49,196 bases of DNA, from the NCBI GenBank assembly GCA_024278275.1, contig JAJRTN010000125.1:1-49196 (forward strand), given 5' to 3'. Source of the DNA: Candidatus Hydrogenedentota bacterium (GTDB lineage: Bacteria > Hydrogenedentota > Hydrogenedentia > Hydrogenedentales > JAJRTN01). The notes beneath the pieces were generated by a model. The model had not been told where the DNA came from and did no database searches. It saw nothing but the letters and a program-made list of their open reading frames with translations. Below, in pieces: positions 28,758 through 38,746 of this stretch (its first letter is position 1; each line of letters starts with the position of its first letter). A program made the position numbers and the translations under genes.

Positions 28758-31619
28758 TCAGTGTGGGACAAAATAGACCGAGTACTTGAACTGAATGTCC
28801 GATTCAACGCTTGCCGCAATGTCCAGTTCAAAAGACACCGGTCCCGGTGCCGGCGAAATGGTCATACGCCACGCTTGCCAGCAGACCGGATAGGTTTCCT
28901 GTCCAAGCACGGGCCGGGCGCTTAGCGACTGTTCACCCAATCGGCCCCGGACGGTGAAGTGCTCTCCAATGTCGTTCACCATGGATGCCTGCCCGTTCCG
29001 GGACATGGAGGCGGCAATAACCAGGGTTCCGCCGGAGGGCGCTTTGGACAGGCGACCCGAAATGCGTGTCTTGCCCGAAGTGTCTCCGTCGAGGTGCTGG
29101 ACAAGGATTTCTACCGGGCGGCTGGCCTCGGCGAAGCCCTTGGGTATGGGGCCCGCGTCAAACACGCGATCCAACGACGGCGGCTGCCCGGCGGGAACCA
29201 CTTCGAGCAGCACCACTTCAAAGGGTCTCAGGCTGATGGTGGCGCGGCTTCCAAAGTCCCTTTCTTCTCCCTTGAGCCGTGCCGGGGCGGGATACCACCG
29301 GTAGAGATCCCAGCGTTTACCGTCGGGAAGCCCCCATGCCGAATCCAGCTTAAGCGTTATCGCCGTGTCTCCCCAGACACAGTTGTTGATGGCGAGGAAG
29401 GCCCTTTTTCCGTCGGTGCAACGGTATCCATAGGGTTCGTCATTCCAGGGGTTACCCAGGATAAACCGCGGATTCCCGAAGCATTCGGGCCGTGCCTTGA
29501 GCAACCGGATGAAGACCGCGAGCTGTTTCCACTCCGGCTCGGACAACCGGTCGCGGCCGCTCCAGATCTGCGCGAGGAGGCTTCCCCGGCAGAGATCCAT
29601 GACGAAGCCTTCCTGCCATCGCTCCTTGCCGATAGAGCTGTTCCACCACCAGTCCGACAGCCAGATGCCCAGCGAGTCCTTGCCCAGTCTCGGTACCTCA
29701 TCGCAGTACCACTGGGCTTGATCCAGGCCAACGGTGACACTGTCGCGGGCATGGGGCGTGGGATACTCCGCTGGGGTAGAGGCTTCGATCATGACGCCCG
29801 GGTCAAAGAGCGTGTCCGCCCAGATCAGCCACCACGGCGACCGGGAACCCCAGTAAAGCATGATGAATACGTCCGGATTGGCCGCATCCCAGCGCTTGCA
29901 GGCATCCACCATGGCGCTAAACTGGGCTTCCGTCGAATATACTCCCGGAAGGTGTCCATGGCCAGGGCTGTCGCAGTTTCCGTACAGTCCATCCACTTTG
30001 ATCTGCCGGATGCCGTTCTTCCTGATCTGGTATTCGAGGCCCGAGGCAAAGACCGTGCGGTAAGGCTCCGCGGCGAGACAGTGGGCGTTCCCCGACGGCA
30101 TCTTGCAGGCGTTGAGGGCCGCATTCCGGCCCAGGCCCCAGCCGAGATAGGACGTGGAGACCCACAACCCCGGTGCAATGCCCAATTCATCCAGCGCGTT
30201 CTTGATCTTCGTAAAGCCATTGGGGAAGTAGCGCGGCTCGAACTGTCTGAAATTGCCCGCGTGGTCCAGCCAGAAATCGACACTGCACGTATCGAAGAGC
30301 CGCCCCGTTGCTTTCTGGCTTTCGGCCAGGCGAGCAAGGCTGTGCAGCACGTCCTCCTCGCTATTCTGGGAGAACCTTGGATTGTTGAAGTTATTCGGCT
30401 CCAGGGGCCAGGAACCGAAATTCGAGAAGATTGCGTAGGGCCGGTCGTGTCCCCGGACCACGCGTCGCATGTGCCGGCGCAGATAGGCGACAAAACCGGC
30501 CTTCCCCGAACCTGCTTTCGTCACGCCCATGATCACGTCGAAGGCGCGAAAGGGAACGCCCGGCTTCAGCACCGTCCCCGGGTATTGCCGGAGTAATGCA
30601 CGGCCATCGTGGCCCGTGGCCCATCCGGCGGGATGGGCCAGACTCAGGAAGAACTCGTTATCCAGGTACACGGGGAATCCCCGCTCACCGTCGGAAACCC
30701 GTGCGTCTGTGGGATAGTCTCCCAGGCGTGCGTGAAGCAGTCGCCGCGTTTCGGTTCCGGAATGGAGTATCTCCACGGATTTCCGCAACACGGGCGTTTC
30801 ATTGTTCCAGCGGTACGTCACCGTGGCCGAGATGGGCATGCCCCTGGCCGAAAAGCGGAAGACCGCCTCGTAACCATCTTCCTTCTGGTTGAACCTTCCC
30901 CGGGCGGCTTCCCATCGCGGCGTTTCCATGGGGACGCCAATGGTGAGGTACTTCTCGAAGGTTGCCGGCCATTGTATGGGGTCGGGGAGTCCCCGGGTGC
31001 CCCGTGGATCCAGTTCTTCCAGGCGGGGCGAACGGTCCGCAAGCCCTGAGAGTTCCGCAGCGATCTCGTTCTCCTCCCCAAAGCGCACATAGGAATGCAT
31101 GGGCGAGCCGGGCCCCAGGTCGATGACCAGGGGAGCGCGCCACCGTTCCGGCGCATCGCGCACGCCCACCTCGTGGCCGTTAAGCAGCACCCGCATGAAG
31201 CGGTAATCGTAGAGCCCGAATCCGCCCATCGTGAGTGAGAGCGGTTTGCCGCGGGCGTCGGCGGGGATAAGCACCGTGGCCGGGAGTCCGGGTAGCCAAA
31301 TCCGCGATTCGGCGGTGTCCAGATCGATCTCCACTTCACTTCCACCACCGAGGGATATGATCCGTCCCGTCAACCTGTTTTCCCACCGATCGGCGCGCAG
31401 CCCCGCGGACGTATCGAGGGAAAGCGTGAACAGGGGTGATCGTAACTCAACCTTCTGATCGTTTTTCATCACGTGAAATGCCTTCCCAACCGCCTGCGTG
31501 GCGGCGGGTCCCATCATGAGTACAAGGAAGAGCAAGCATATGCCGGGCCTGGAAAACCCGTTGACGCGCGGTCCGTTCTCTTCCCCGAAGATTTTGCCCG
31601 TTACACCCCGGCGCATCAT
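28758..31619 (-). CDS. putative large glycoside hydrolase (clan GH-D / alpha-galactosidase-like, uncertain)
   Basis: The start is at MMRRGVTGK.. with a signal peptide (ICLLFLVLMMGPAATQA). A central region (GIRQIKVDGLYGN) is reminiscent of a GH-D catalytic KxD motif. The family assignment is tentative. Confidence 0.45.
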   Translation of the reverse strand: MMRRGVTGKIFGEENGPRVNGFSRPGICLLFLVLMMGPAATQAVGKAFHVMKNDQKVELRSPLFTLSLDTSAGLRADRWENRLTGRIISLGGGSEVEIDLDTAESRIWLPGLPATVLIPADARGKPLSLTMGGFGLYDYRFMRVLLNGHEVGVRDAPERWRAPLVIDLGPGSPMHSYVRFGEENEIAAELSGLADRSPRLEELDPRGTRGLPDPIQWPATFEKYLTIGVPMETPRWEAARGRFNQKEDGYEAVFRFSARGMPISATVTYRWNNETPVLRKSVEILHSGTETRRLLHARLGDYPTDARVSDGERGFPVYLDNEFFLSLAHPAGWATGHDGRALLRQYPGTVLKPGVPFRAFDVIMGVTKAGSGKAGFVAYLRRHMRRVVRGHDRPYAIFSNFGSWPLEPNNFNNPRFSQNSEEDVLHSLARLAESQKATGRLFDTCSVDFWLDHAGNFRQFEPRYFPNGFTKIKNALDELGIAPGLWVSTSYLGWGLGRNAALNACKMPSGNAHCLAAEPYRTVFASGLEYQIRKNGIRQIKVDGLYGNCDSPGHGHLPGVYSTEAQFSAMVDACKRWDAANPDVFIMLYWGSRSPWWLIWADTLFDPGVMIEASTPAEYPTPHARDSVTVGLDQAQWYCDEVPRLGKDSLGIWLSDWWWNSSIGKERWQEGFVMDLCRGSLLAQIWSGRDRLSEPEWKQLAVFIRLLKARPECFGNPRFILGNPWNDEPYGYRCTDGKRAFLAINNCVWGDTAITLKLDSAWGLPDGKRWDLYRWYPAPARLKGEERDFGSRATISLRPFEVVLLEVVPAGQPPSLDRVFDAGPIPKGFAEASRPVEILVQHLDGDTSGKTRISGRLSKAPSGGTLVIAASMSRNGQASMVNDIGEHFTVRGRLGEQSLSARPVLGQETYPVCWQAWRMTISPAPGPVSFELDIAASVESDIQFKYSVYFVPH

Positions 31620-31790
31620 TTCACCTTGGCGGATCTGGCTTTCCCCGTTCATGCCCGGCCCCAGCGTGGCGGTATTCCAACATACCCATAGGGTTGTCGC
31701 GCCCTTCGATATCCGGTCCCGTCCGCGGAACTCGAAGCATTTCGAGTTCTCGGTGTGCATGCGTATCGGAACGGACATGACGGCAAATCC

Positions 31791-33995
31791 TCAGGGCTTC
31801 CGCAGGGTGAATGGCGTGTCCACGCGCAACGGGACCGGCGTATCCAGGGGTACGTCGGCGTGGTCTCGCGCGAGGGGAAACTTTGTTCGGGCGCCTTCCG
31901 CGATGATCGTCAGGATATGATCGCCCTCAACCACGCGGGAAAGGGCCAGGGAATAGCTGTTTTCTCGAATCCCATGGGCCAACAGGTTATTATCCAGCAG
32001 CAGCGTGAAGGAATCAGGCTTCTTTCCGGCCACTTCCCAACGCACCTCCAGGCTGTTCGCCGTCACTACCTGCCCGGGATTCGGCGGGTAAACAGCCAGT
32101 ACGGTGGTCTCCGGCTCCCGCTCCTTGTACAGGGCGATGAGTGCTTGAGCGACATTGAAGCTTTTATACCCCCATCCCCCGTCATCACCGCGATACCCGT
32201 CCGCGGTTAACGAGACGGGCTCGATGTCGTCGGAGAGTTCCACGCTGTAGGTGTCGCCGTAGAGGTTGCCGGGGTAGGGATAACCCTCAAGCTGGCCGGT
32301 GAACTCGTTCCACTGATGGAGCAGGACGAAGCGCGGTTTGTGCTTCAAAGCCGTTTTGAACGTGTGAATCAGCGTGGTACCGTTTCGGCGGCCCCATGCA
32401 TCATCGGCAAGCCACATACGTGAGCCAAAAAAGCCCGCGGAAGGTGTACAAACCTCCGCCACGCCATCGCGATAGGTGACCACCGGGTCCGGCGTCCCGT
32501 CCATCCAAGACCAGTAGCCGTGGCGGTCTACCTTCGTGAGCTGGAGTTGGGCGCCCATGTAGCGAATGGTGAAATGAGTATCGTCGATGGGGGTGTCGAA
32601 GGCTTCCCAGGCGGGAACGACGGTATTGTGCAGCAATACGATGAGCGGTTTCCCGTCCACCATCACCCACAGTCCTTTGAAGCGGGGATTTCGGATGAAG
32701 TGGTTGTGGAGCCATTCGAGCTCTTCGTTGACGGTCTCCGGGCTGTTAACGGGACCATTTCCGAGGAAGGGCATGATGACCAACTGGGGTGCGGGATAGC
32801 CTTCATCCCGGAGTTGCGCATACACCTCAAGCGTGACTTCGGTCGAATGAATCTGCAAGTTCGCCGCGTCCGAACGGTTCTCCCAATGCTGGCTGCCGTC
32901 TTCCGCGGGAGGGATATAGATGGGCCAGTCGGCGGAAATGAAGTCCACGCCCATGTCCATCAGCCAGAGGGCGTGCTGCCGGATAACGTCGGGGTTGTAG
33001 GATTCGTAGAGGCCCACCATGGGCACGGCCTGCGTGTTGTGCCAGTAGAACATCTCCTTGAAAAAGTAGCTGCCCCACTGCATGCCGACGAGATGGTCCG
33101 GGTCGCGCCGTGATGGGATCATTCGGCGGGTTACCTGCACGGTGATGGGTTCCGATACGGTGGCGTTCCCAGGAAGCGGTCTGCCTGCAAAGAGATCATC
33201 GCGCCGCACGCCCCCCGGCCAATCCTCGAAGTGAGCCGCTTTCCATACGGCATCCTGAAGCCTTCCCGGGACCCGAACGGGCTGTCCTTTTTCCACCGGT
33301 TCGGGCCAGGCGGCGGGTGGCGCCTCCCAGGCTTCCCAGCGGCGGTCGGTCACCAGGAGGCGTCGCCGGCCGTCGGTCATGTATTCCAGTTGGACCGCGA
33401 CACCCGCGATGCCGGTTCCCTTCTTCGCCTCCACGGCCAGCATATTGCCGCCGCGGCGGAAAAGCCCCGGCGCCACGGAAGTCGTCGTTGCCGAGTCGAT
33501 TCCTTTCGCCATGGCCAGAAGCGTTCCGTTCAGGTAAATACGCGCCGTGTGGTTTGCCGAAGCCCGGAGGCGCGCGGCATCGACCGGCGCTGTTTCCTGG
33601 AAGCGCGTGGCCAGGAAGGCATTTTCGCACGCGGCGTTCTTGGTCCAGACGATGCAGGTGTCCCTGAAACCGGGCAGGGCGCGCACCTGTACCGAGGCCG
33701 GGCCAACGTTTGGGAAGGGCAGGATGATTCGCCCGTGGCCCTCTTCGCCGGTAACCTCGTGCGCCCCCCAGCGACGCCCGTTTACATAAGCGAGAAGAAG
33801 ACAGGAGGCCAGCGGGGCGGCGGATCGGGCGTCGGAGACCTGAACGTCCAGCGACACGGAGCCGCCCATGGGCACGGTTGTTTTATCGGCGGCGACGTCA
33901 ATGCACACGGGCAACGTTTCCGAAAACGCCACGATAGTTCCTATCATCGCCAGACCGAGGGCGGCCGTGCATTGACGGACCATGGAGTATTGCAC
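31791..33995 (-). CDS. putative glycoside hydrolase (TIM-barrel GH-like), paralogue of 26389-28725
   Basis: A signal peptide is present (AALGLAMIGTIVAFS). Conserved blocks are shared with the 26389 gene (GLWVMVDGKPLIV vs WFRWEGKPLILA, and the YGDTYS region). Confidence 0.45.
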   Translation of the reverse strand: MQYSMVRQCTAALGLAMIGTIVAFSETLPVCIDVAADKTTVPMGGSVSLDVQVSDARSAAPLASCLLLAYVNGRRWGAHEVTGEEGHGRIILPFPNVGPASVQVRALPGFRDTCIVWTKNAACENAFLATRFQETAPVDAARLRASANHTARIYLNGTLLAMAKGIDSATTTSVAPGLFRRGGNMLAVEAKKGTGIAGVAVQLEYMTDGRRRLLVTDRRWEAWEAPPAAWPEPVEKGQPVRVPGRLQDAVWKAAHFEDWPGGVRRDDLFAGRPLPGNATVSEPITVQVTRRMIPSRRDPDHLVGMQWGSYFFKEMFYWHNTQAVPMVGLYESYNPDVIRQHALWLMDMGVDFISADWPIYIPPAEDGSQHWENRSDAANLQIHSTEVTLEVYAQLRDEGYPAPQLVIMPFLGNGPVNSPETVNEELEWLHNHFIRNPRFKGLWVMVDGKPLIVLLHNTVVPAWEAFDTPIDDTHFTIRYMGAQLQLTKVDRHGYWSWMDGTPDPVVTYRDGVAEVCTPSAGFFGSRMWLADDAWGRRNGTTLIHTFKTALKHKPRFVLLHQWNEFTGQLEGYPYPGNLYGDTYSVELSDDIEPVSLTADGYRGDDGGWGYKSFNVAQALIALYKEREPETTVLAVYPPNPGQVVTANSLEVRWEVAGKKPDSFTLLLDNNLLAHGIRENSYSLALSRVVEGDHILTIIAEGARTKFPLARDHADVPLDTPVPLRVDTPFTLRKP

Positions 33996-34106
33996 AGTGT
34001 TCTCCCGGCGCGTTCAAGGGATACCCATCCCGGGGTGTTTGCCTGACTGGAGCAAAATACACCGTCCCCTTCCCCCTCTCTTCGGGGATACCCGGCCCGT
34101 GACGGC

Positions 34107-34145
34107 AAGAAGACGAAAGGGGACCGGAACCGCGCATGCGGTCCC
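34107..34145 (-). terminator. candidate rho-independent terminator of the DUF1559 gene
   Basis: On the minus strand, GGGACCG, a 12-nt loop and CGGUCCC are followed by a U-rich tract (CUUUCGUCUUCUU). It lies about 30 nt after the gene end. Confidence 0.3.
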
Positions 34146-34176
34146 GGGTCCCATCCGGGAAAGTGACCGGGTCGAA

Positions 34177-35265
34177 TCAGCCGCCTCCGCCAAAGACCGC
34201 GGACCAAAAGCTGAAGGAGTTGCCCACCGTGCCCACGATGCCGCCAATGTCGGAAGCATTGGCAATGGGGAATTTGCTCTTGAACTTGATGAATTCCACA
34301 TGGCCATCCATCCAGAGCACGTTGCATCCGCCGGGGACATGGTTGAAACGCATGATGCCCGTGTCCGCGGCGTGGGTCTGATCAATGCCGGCGGTGGCCA
34401 ACCATTTGTAGATGCCTTCCTCGGAAAAAGCGTCCATCATGATGGGCAAGGTGCTTTGCGCGATGGCCCCGGCCGCCGGGTTGTTGATGTCCGTGATAAA
34501 GAAACGCTCAATGCCGTCTTTCAGGCGGGGAAGGGTTGACGGCCACGGACTGCCATCGTCATCGACCTGCGGGCCGAAGATGGCAAAGATATGGTCCTGC
34601 ACATTGATGTCACTGTTCCAGGGAGCATAATTTCTGAGGTCCACCACGAAGTTGTTGAATTGACTGAAGGCGGTCCCGTCACAGCCTTGGTTGATCATCT
34701 CCTGTCCCGATGTCTGCGGGTTGTCGTAAAAGCCCGGGCGGGCATAGGAGATATTATAGGCCGCGCTGACCCCCCATAAGGTGGCCTCGGTTCGGGCCGC
34801 GTTGGGCACATACCAATACGAAACCGGTTGCGAAAGCATGAAGTTCAAACATGCCCGGTTGTTGTTTTGGCCCTGCGCGATGGTCGCAATGTCCTGAATC
34901 TGCTGGGCGAAATCGTCTTTCACGCCAAAGCGCTCTCCCCAGAGGTCGCCCCGGGGATCCGAAGGACAGACGGCAATGTTTGGATCCGTCCAGTAGTCCG
35001 GGTAGAGCACCTCGCCCGCGTAGGCCAGGTGTGCCGTCGTCCACGATGGGATGTTCACCGTGGAATGACCGGGATAGAGTCCGCCCCGGTCTTCGCCGGA
35101 ATACATCTTGAAGATGATTCCCCACTGCTTGAGGTTGTTGGCGCATGATGCGCGTCGTGCCGCCTCCCGCGCCCGCGCCAGGGCGGGCAGCAAGATGGCG
35201 GCCAGGATGCCAATAATGGCGATGACGACCAAGAGCTCGATGAGTGTAAAGCCTCTCTTGTTCAT
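34177..35265 (-). CDS. DUF1559 / H-X9-DG protein with prepilin-type N-terminal cleavage-methylation domain (type II secretion pseudopilin-like)
   Basis: The N-terminus ([47 protein letters not shown]) is the hallmark of this PVC-superphylum family. A perfect Shine-Dalgarno sequence (AAGGAGA) lies 5 nt before the ATG. Confidence 0.85.
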   Translation of the reverse strand: MNKRGFTLIELLVVIAIIGILAAILLPALARAREAARRASCANNLKQWGIIFKMYSGEDRGGLYPGHSTVNIPSWTTAHLAYAGEVLYPDYWTDPNIAVCPSDPRGDLWGERFGVKDDFAQQIQDIATIAQGQNNNRACLNFMLSQPVSYWYVPNAARTEATLWGVSAAYNISYARPGFYDNPQTSGQEMINQGCDGTAFSQFNNFVVDLRNYAPWNSDINVQDHIFAIFGPQVDDDGSPWPSTLPRLKDGIERFFITDINNPAAGAIAQSTLPIMMDAFSEEGIYKWLATAGIDQTHAADTGIMRFNHVPGGCNVLWMDGHVEFIKFKSKFPIANASDIGGIVGTVGNSFSFWSAVFGGGG

Positions 35266-35313
35266 TCTGACGGTCTCCTTTATTTTCCTCTTGTTAAATT
35301 ACTTACAAAAGTC

Positions 35314-35342
35314 TTGACAATATGGGAACTAATTTCTATTAT
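35314..35342 (+). promoter_or_regulatory. near-consensus sigma70 promoter (TTGACA-17-TATTAT) in an AT-rich island
   Basis: TTGACA at 35314-35319 is followed by an exact 17-nt spacer and TATTAT at 35337-35342. It sits in an AT-rich ~90 bp island that contrasts with the surrounding GC-rich sequence. It is oriented toward the AraC gene. Confidence 0.45.
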
Positions 35343-35498
35343 CGATTGTAACCCCGAAGGGATTTGCTGTCCTTAACAGAAGGGCCAAAAACTAGCACCA
35401 CGAGGTCAAGTGCTCCTGCGTCGGGCGGCAATAAACGGATCCGCCTGTTGGGCGAAGACGGAGCTCCCGGCGTGAGGGCGGTGGAGGAATGCGTAGCG

Positions 35499-36422
35499 AT
35501 GCGTGTTGATGCGACCCCCTTGTCCGGAGGGGGGCAGGCTTTTGTCCCGCACTCCGGCTTACGTCTTCATGGGGCGATGCGGTGTGTTGAAGCCGGAGAA
35601 ATCGGGGAACATGAGCACCCGTTTGGTGAACTGGTCCTGGTCCGCCAGGGGCGGGGAGTCCATCGTGTGCGGGGCTGGGAATACCCGCTTGGCCCGGGGG
35701 ATGTTTTCTACGTTCCCGTTGGTCACGCCCATGCGTACCCGGATGTGGACGAATTGCACGTGATGATTTTCGATTTTGATCCGGCCATCTACCTTCACCA
35801 GGTCCAGGAACTCACCCTGATGCCTGGCGCCCTCGGGCTGTTCGGGCCGGACTGGCCCCCCAATCTTTTGTATCATGGGCAAAAGTCTGTTTTTTGCGTC
35901 CATTTACAGGGTGAGGCGTGGGCGCAAGCGGAGAGCCTGGCCGAGTCGCTGTTAAGGTCCTGCGAGCATGATTCGCCGGAAAGACACACGGAGGTTCGTG
36001 CGTGGTTCGCCTTGCTGATCGTTTGTCTTTGCCGTTATTACCCGGAGCACGTATTGCCCACGGGCACCCGGAATGTACCGTTGGCGAAAGCATTGGCCTA
36101 CATCGAGGACCATTACGCCGACGCTCTGACCCTTGACGCGCTGTCCGGCGCGGCCTGTACGTCCCGAAGCTCGCTGCAGCGGGCCTTTCGGAAGCACCTG
36201 GCCTGCACGCCCATGGAATACGTCATGCGCCGCCGAATCGACCGCGCGCGGGAACTGCTTCTCTTTACGGACATGAGCATGACGGCCATTGGGGAAAGCA
36301 CGGGTTTTACCGACAGCAATCATTTTTCCCGGTGTTTTCGACGGTACGCCGGGGAGTCTCCCAGGATGTACCGGAACAAGAACCATGCCTTGGGTCCGGG
36401 TGTCCCCATTAACGATATGTAA
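35499..36422 (+). CDS. AraC-family transcriptional regulator (cupin N-domain plus HTH)
   Basis: Cupin motifs are present (HEHPFGELVLVRQGRG, YVPVGHAHAY). The two C-terminal HTH units read LTLDALSGAACTSRSSLQRAFRK and MTAIGESTGFTDSNHFSRCFRRYAGESP. The start is uncertain; the ORF opens at the TTG at 35364. Confidence 0.7.
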   Translation: MRVDATPLSGGGQAFVPHSGLRLHGAMRCVEAGEIGEHEHPFGELVLVRQGRGVHRVRGWEYPLGPGDVFYVPVGHAHAYPDVDELHVMIFDFDPAIYLHQVQELTLMPGALGLFGPDWPPNLLYHGQKSVFCVHLQGEAWAQAESLAESLLRSCEHDSPERHTEVRAWFALLIVCLCRYYPEHVLPTGTRNVPLAKALAYIEDHYADALTLDALSGAACTSRSSLQRAFRKHLACTPMEYVMRRRIDRARELLLFTDMSMTAIGESTGFTDSNHFSRCFRRYAGESPRMYRNKNHALGPGVPINDM

Positions 36423-36488
36423 AAAAATTCCAGGAGTATATTGCATAATGGTATTTCTTTATGCTACGCTGTCATCCATAAAGGGGCC

Positions 36489-37361
36489 CATATGAACGCT
36501 TCAGCCAACACGAAGGATTTGAACGGAAACTGCCTGGCCCGGCTTCGCGCCTGGACGAAACAGGGCAAGGGTTCCGTGCCGGCGATTGCCGCTTTTGTGC
36601 TGGAAAACCCCGAGCAGGCCCTGAACGTGACCATCAATGAATTCGCCTTGCGATCCAAGGCCGCCGTATCGTCGGTTTCCCGTTTTTGCACCACCATCGG
36701 CTATTCGGGTTACAAGGAGTTTCAACTGGATCTTGCCGCCTCGCTTGCCCAACAGCCGCCGTCCCTGGGGGTTTTCGATGCCCATGCCGCCCCCCATGAC
36801 ATCATGCACTATGTTTTTGAATGCAACCGGCGCAGCATCCGGGAAACGGAGAAGCTGATCAGCCGGGAAGTCTTTGTCGAAGTGGCCCGGTTGATCCATG
36901 AATCGCACCGGGTGTATGTGCTTGGCGTGGGCGCTTCGGGGCTGGTGGCCCGGCAGGCGGCCACGCGCTTCATGAGCCTGGGGCTCACGGCATCGGCGTT
37001 GACGGACCCCTATCTCCAGGTATTCGTGACGGAAAACCTGGGGAAAAGCGATGTCGTCATCGGCGTGAGTCACACCGGCTTGACCCGTTCGGTGGTGGAG
37101 AGCGTCGAGGCGGCGCGTACGTGCGCGGCGAGGGCGGTGGCTATTACGAACTACCCGCAATCATCCCTGGCCAAGGCCTGTGACTTTGTGCTGACGACCT
37201 CGTTCGAGTAGCGACGCGCCAACGCGGCGGTGTCCTCCTCGCATATTGCCCAACTGTGCCTGATCGATGCGCTGTACTTCGTCGTGGGAAGTTGGCGATC
37301 CCGTGGCGCCACCGCGTTGGCGGAGCTTGCCGAGAAGCGGGTGCAACGATTGCTTCGCTGA
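36489..37361 (+). pseudogene. RpiR/MurR-family regulator (HTH_6 + SIS domain) interrupted by an in-frame TAG at 37209-37211
   Basis: N-terminal HTH_6 reads INEFALRSKAAVSSVSRFCTTIGYSGYKEFQ. The SIS domain reads VYVLGVGASGLVARQAA...VVIGVSHTGLTRSVVESVEAARTCAARAVAITN. After TTSFE-TAG the same frame continues for 49 codons, encoding the expected SIS C-terminus (SSHIAQLCLIDALYFVV...). Read-through would give a 290-aa protein. Confidence 0.6.
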
Positions 37362-37396
37362 GCCATTCCGACAAAAACAAGGAAGGAAGAAGTTCC

Positions 37397-38746
37397 ATGT
37401 ACAAACGCTACTATGACCCCAACATTTTCCTCAACATGCTGGACGGAATAGATCTCGACAATCACGTGATCGCGTCCTATTACATGAAGGACCGCCTGGA
37501 GGGAATCAAGTTCCTCGACCACTTCTCGCTTGTTCAGGCCATGGGTCTGGAGGGCTCGACCGGCACCTGGGAAAAGGTGGCGGAGGATACGGATGAGTTG
37601 CGCGCCGCCATGTCCAGCCGCATGGTGGGGTATCACGAGATCCCCGGGGAAGATGAATACACGAAGGCGGCCGTGGTCCAACTGGCCTTCCCCATCCGCG
37701 CCTGGGGCGACAACCTGCCCATGATGCTCCTGGCCGTGGCGGGCAACTGCTTCGCCTACTCCAAGAACCTCATCATGACGGATATATTCATCGGTAAGAA
37801 CCTGCTGAAAAAGTTCCAGGGGCCGAAGTTCGGGGTGCCGGGCGTGCGGGAATTGACGGGGGTCAAGGAACGTCCGCTCTCGCTGCACATCATCAAGCCG
37901 AAGATGGGCATGACCCCCGAGCAGACGGCCAACCAGGTCTACCAGACCGCCCTGGGGGGCGCCGACATGTGCAAGGACGACGAGATGCTCGCCGACGCCT
38001 ACAACAGCACGGCGGAACAGCGCGTGCCCGTCATCATGGACGCCATCAACCGGGCGGCCGACAAGATGGGCAAGAAAATGATCTACCTGTGCAGCATCAC
38101 CGATGAAAGCGACAAGATGGTCGCCAAGGCGAAACGGGCCATCGAACTGGGCGCAAACGGCCTGCTGGTGGCCTATTCGGCCGGTCTGCCCGCGTTGCGG
38201 CGCCTCACGTCGGACCCCGATATCACGGTTCCGGTCATGCTGCACGCTTCCCACATGATCGCCATGATGAAGCAGATGGCCTGGCCCGTGCTGGCCAAGT
38301 TGTGTCGCCTCTGCGGGGCGGACCTGATGCTGACGCCCACCTACTGGTCCTCCATCCCCATGGTGTCCATGGAAGAGGGGTTGCGGACTTCTTTCATGCA
38401 GCTCGCCCCCTGGGGGTATATCAAGCCGACTTTCCCCATGCCCTGTGCGGGCGTCTATCCCGGCCTGGCGCCCATCATCATCGGCGAATACGGCACGGAC
38501 ATTGTCATCCCCGCGGGCGGCGGCATGTTGGGCCACCCCGACGGGTACACGGCGGGCGCGAAATCCTGGCAACAGGCCATTGCCGGCGCGCTGTCGGAAG
38601 ACGACTTCATCGAGTTTGCGAAGAAACCCGAAAATGGCGAGTTGCGCCGCGCCATCGAGCATTGGGGTTACATCGAGCGTCCCAAGGCGCCGTGGCTGCG
38701 GGTGGCTCCCGAGTTCCATCCCAAGCCCATGAAGTTTGATGATTGA
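37397..38746 (+). CDS. RuBisCO large-subunit-like protein (form IV RLP)
   Basis: A strong Shine-Dalgarno sequence (AGGAAGGAAG) precedes the start. RuBisCO large-chain motifs are present: IKPKMGMTPEQ (cf. IKPKLGLS, Lys175) and GGADMCKDDEML (cf. GGLDFTKDDE, the carbamylated Lys201 position). The protein is 449 aa and lies 35 nt downstream of RpiR. Confidence 0.85.
   Translation: MYKRYYDPNIFLNMLDGIDLDNHVIASYYMKDRLEGIKFLDHFSLVQAMGLEGSTGTWEKVAEDTDELRAAMSSRMVGYHEIPGEDEYTKAAVVQLAFPIRAWGDNLPMMLLAVAGNCFAYSKNLIMTDIFIGKNLLKKFQGPKFGVPGVRELTGVKERPLSLHIIKPKMGMTPEQTANQVYQTALGGADMCKDDEMLADAYNSTAEQRVPVIMDAINRAADKMGKKMIYLCSITDESDKMVAKAKRAIELGANGLLVAYSAGLPALRRLTSDPDITVPVMLHASHMIAMMKQMAWPVLAKLCRLCGADLMLTPTYWSSIPMVSMEEGLRTSFMQLAPWGYIKPTFPMPCAGVYPGLAPIIIGEYGTDIVIPAGGGMLGHPDGYTAGAKSWQQAIAGALSEDDFIEFAKKPENGELRRAIEHWGYIERPKAPWLRVAPEFHPKPMKFDD

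Noticed and set aside
28959-30596. 545-aa plus-strand ORF and several 60-220 aa ORFs inside the large GH-like genes
   Set aside because: They are antisense to long, signal-peptide-bearing minus-strand ORFs and have Arg/Gly/Pro-rich junk composition.
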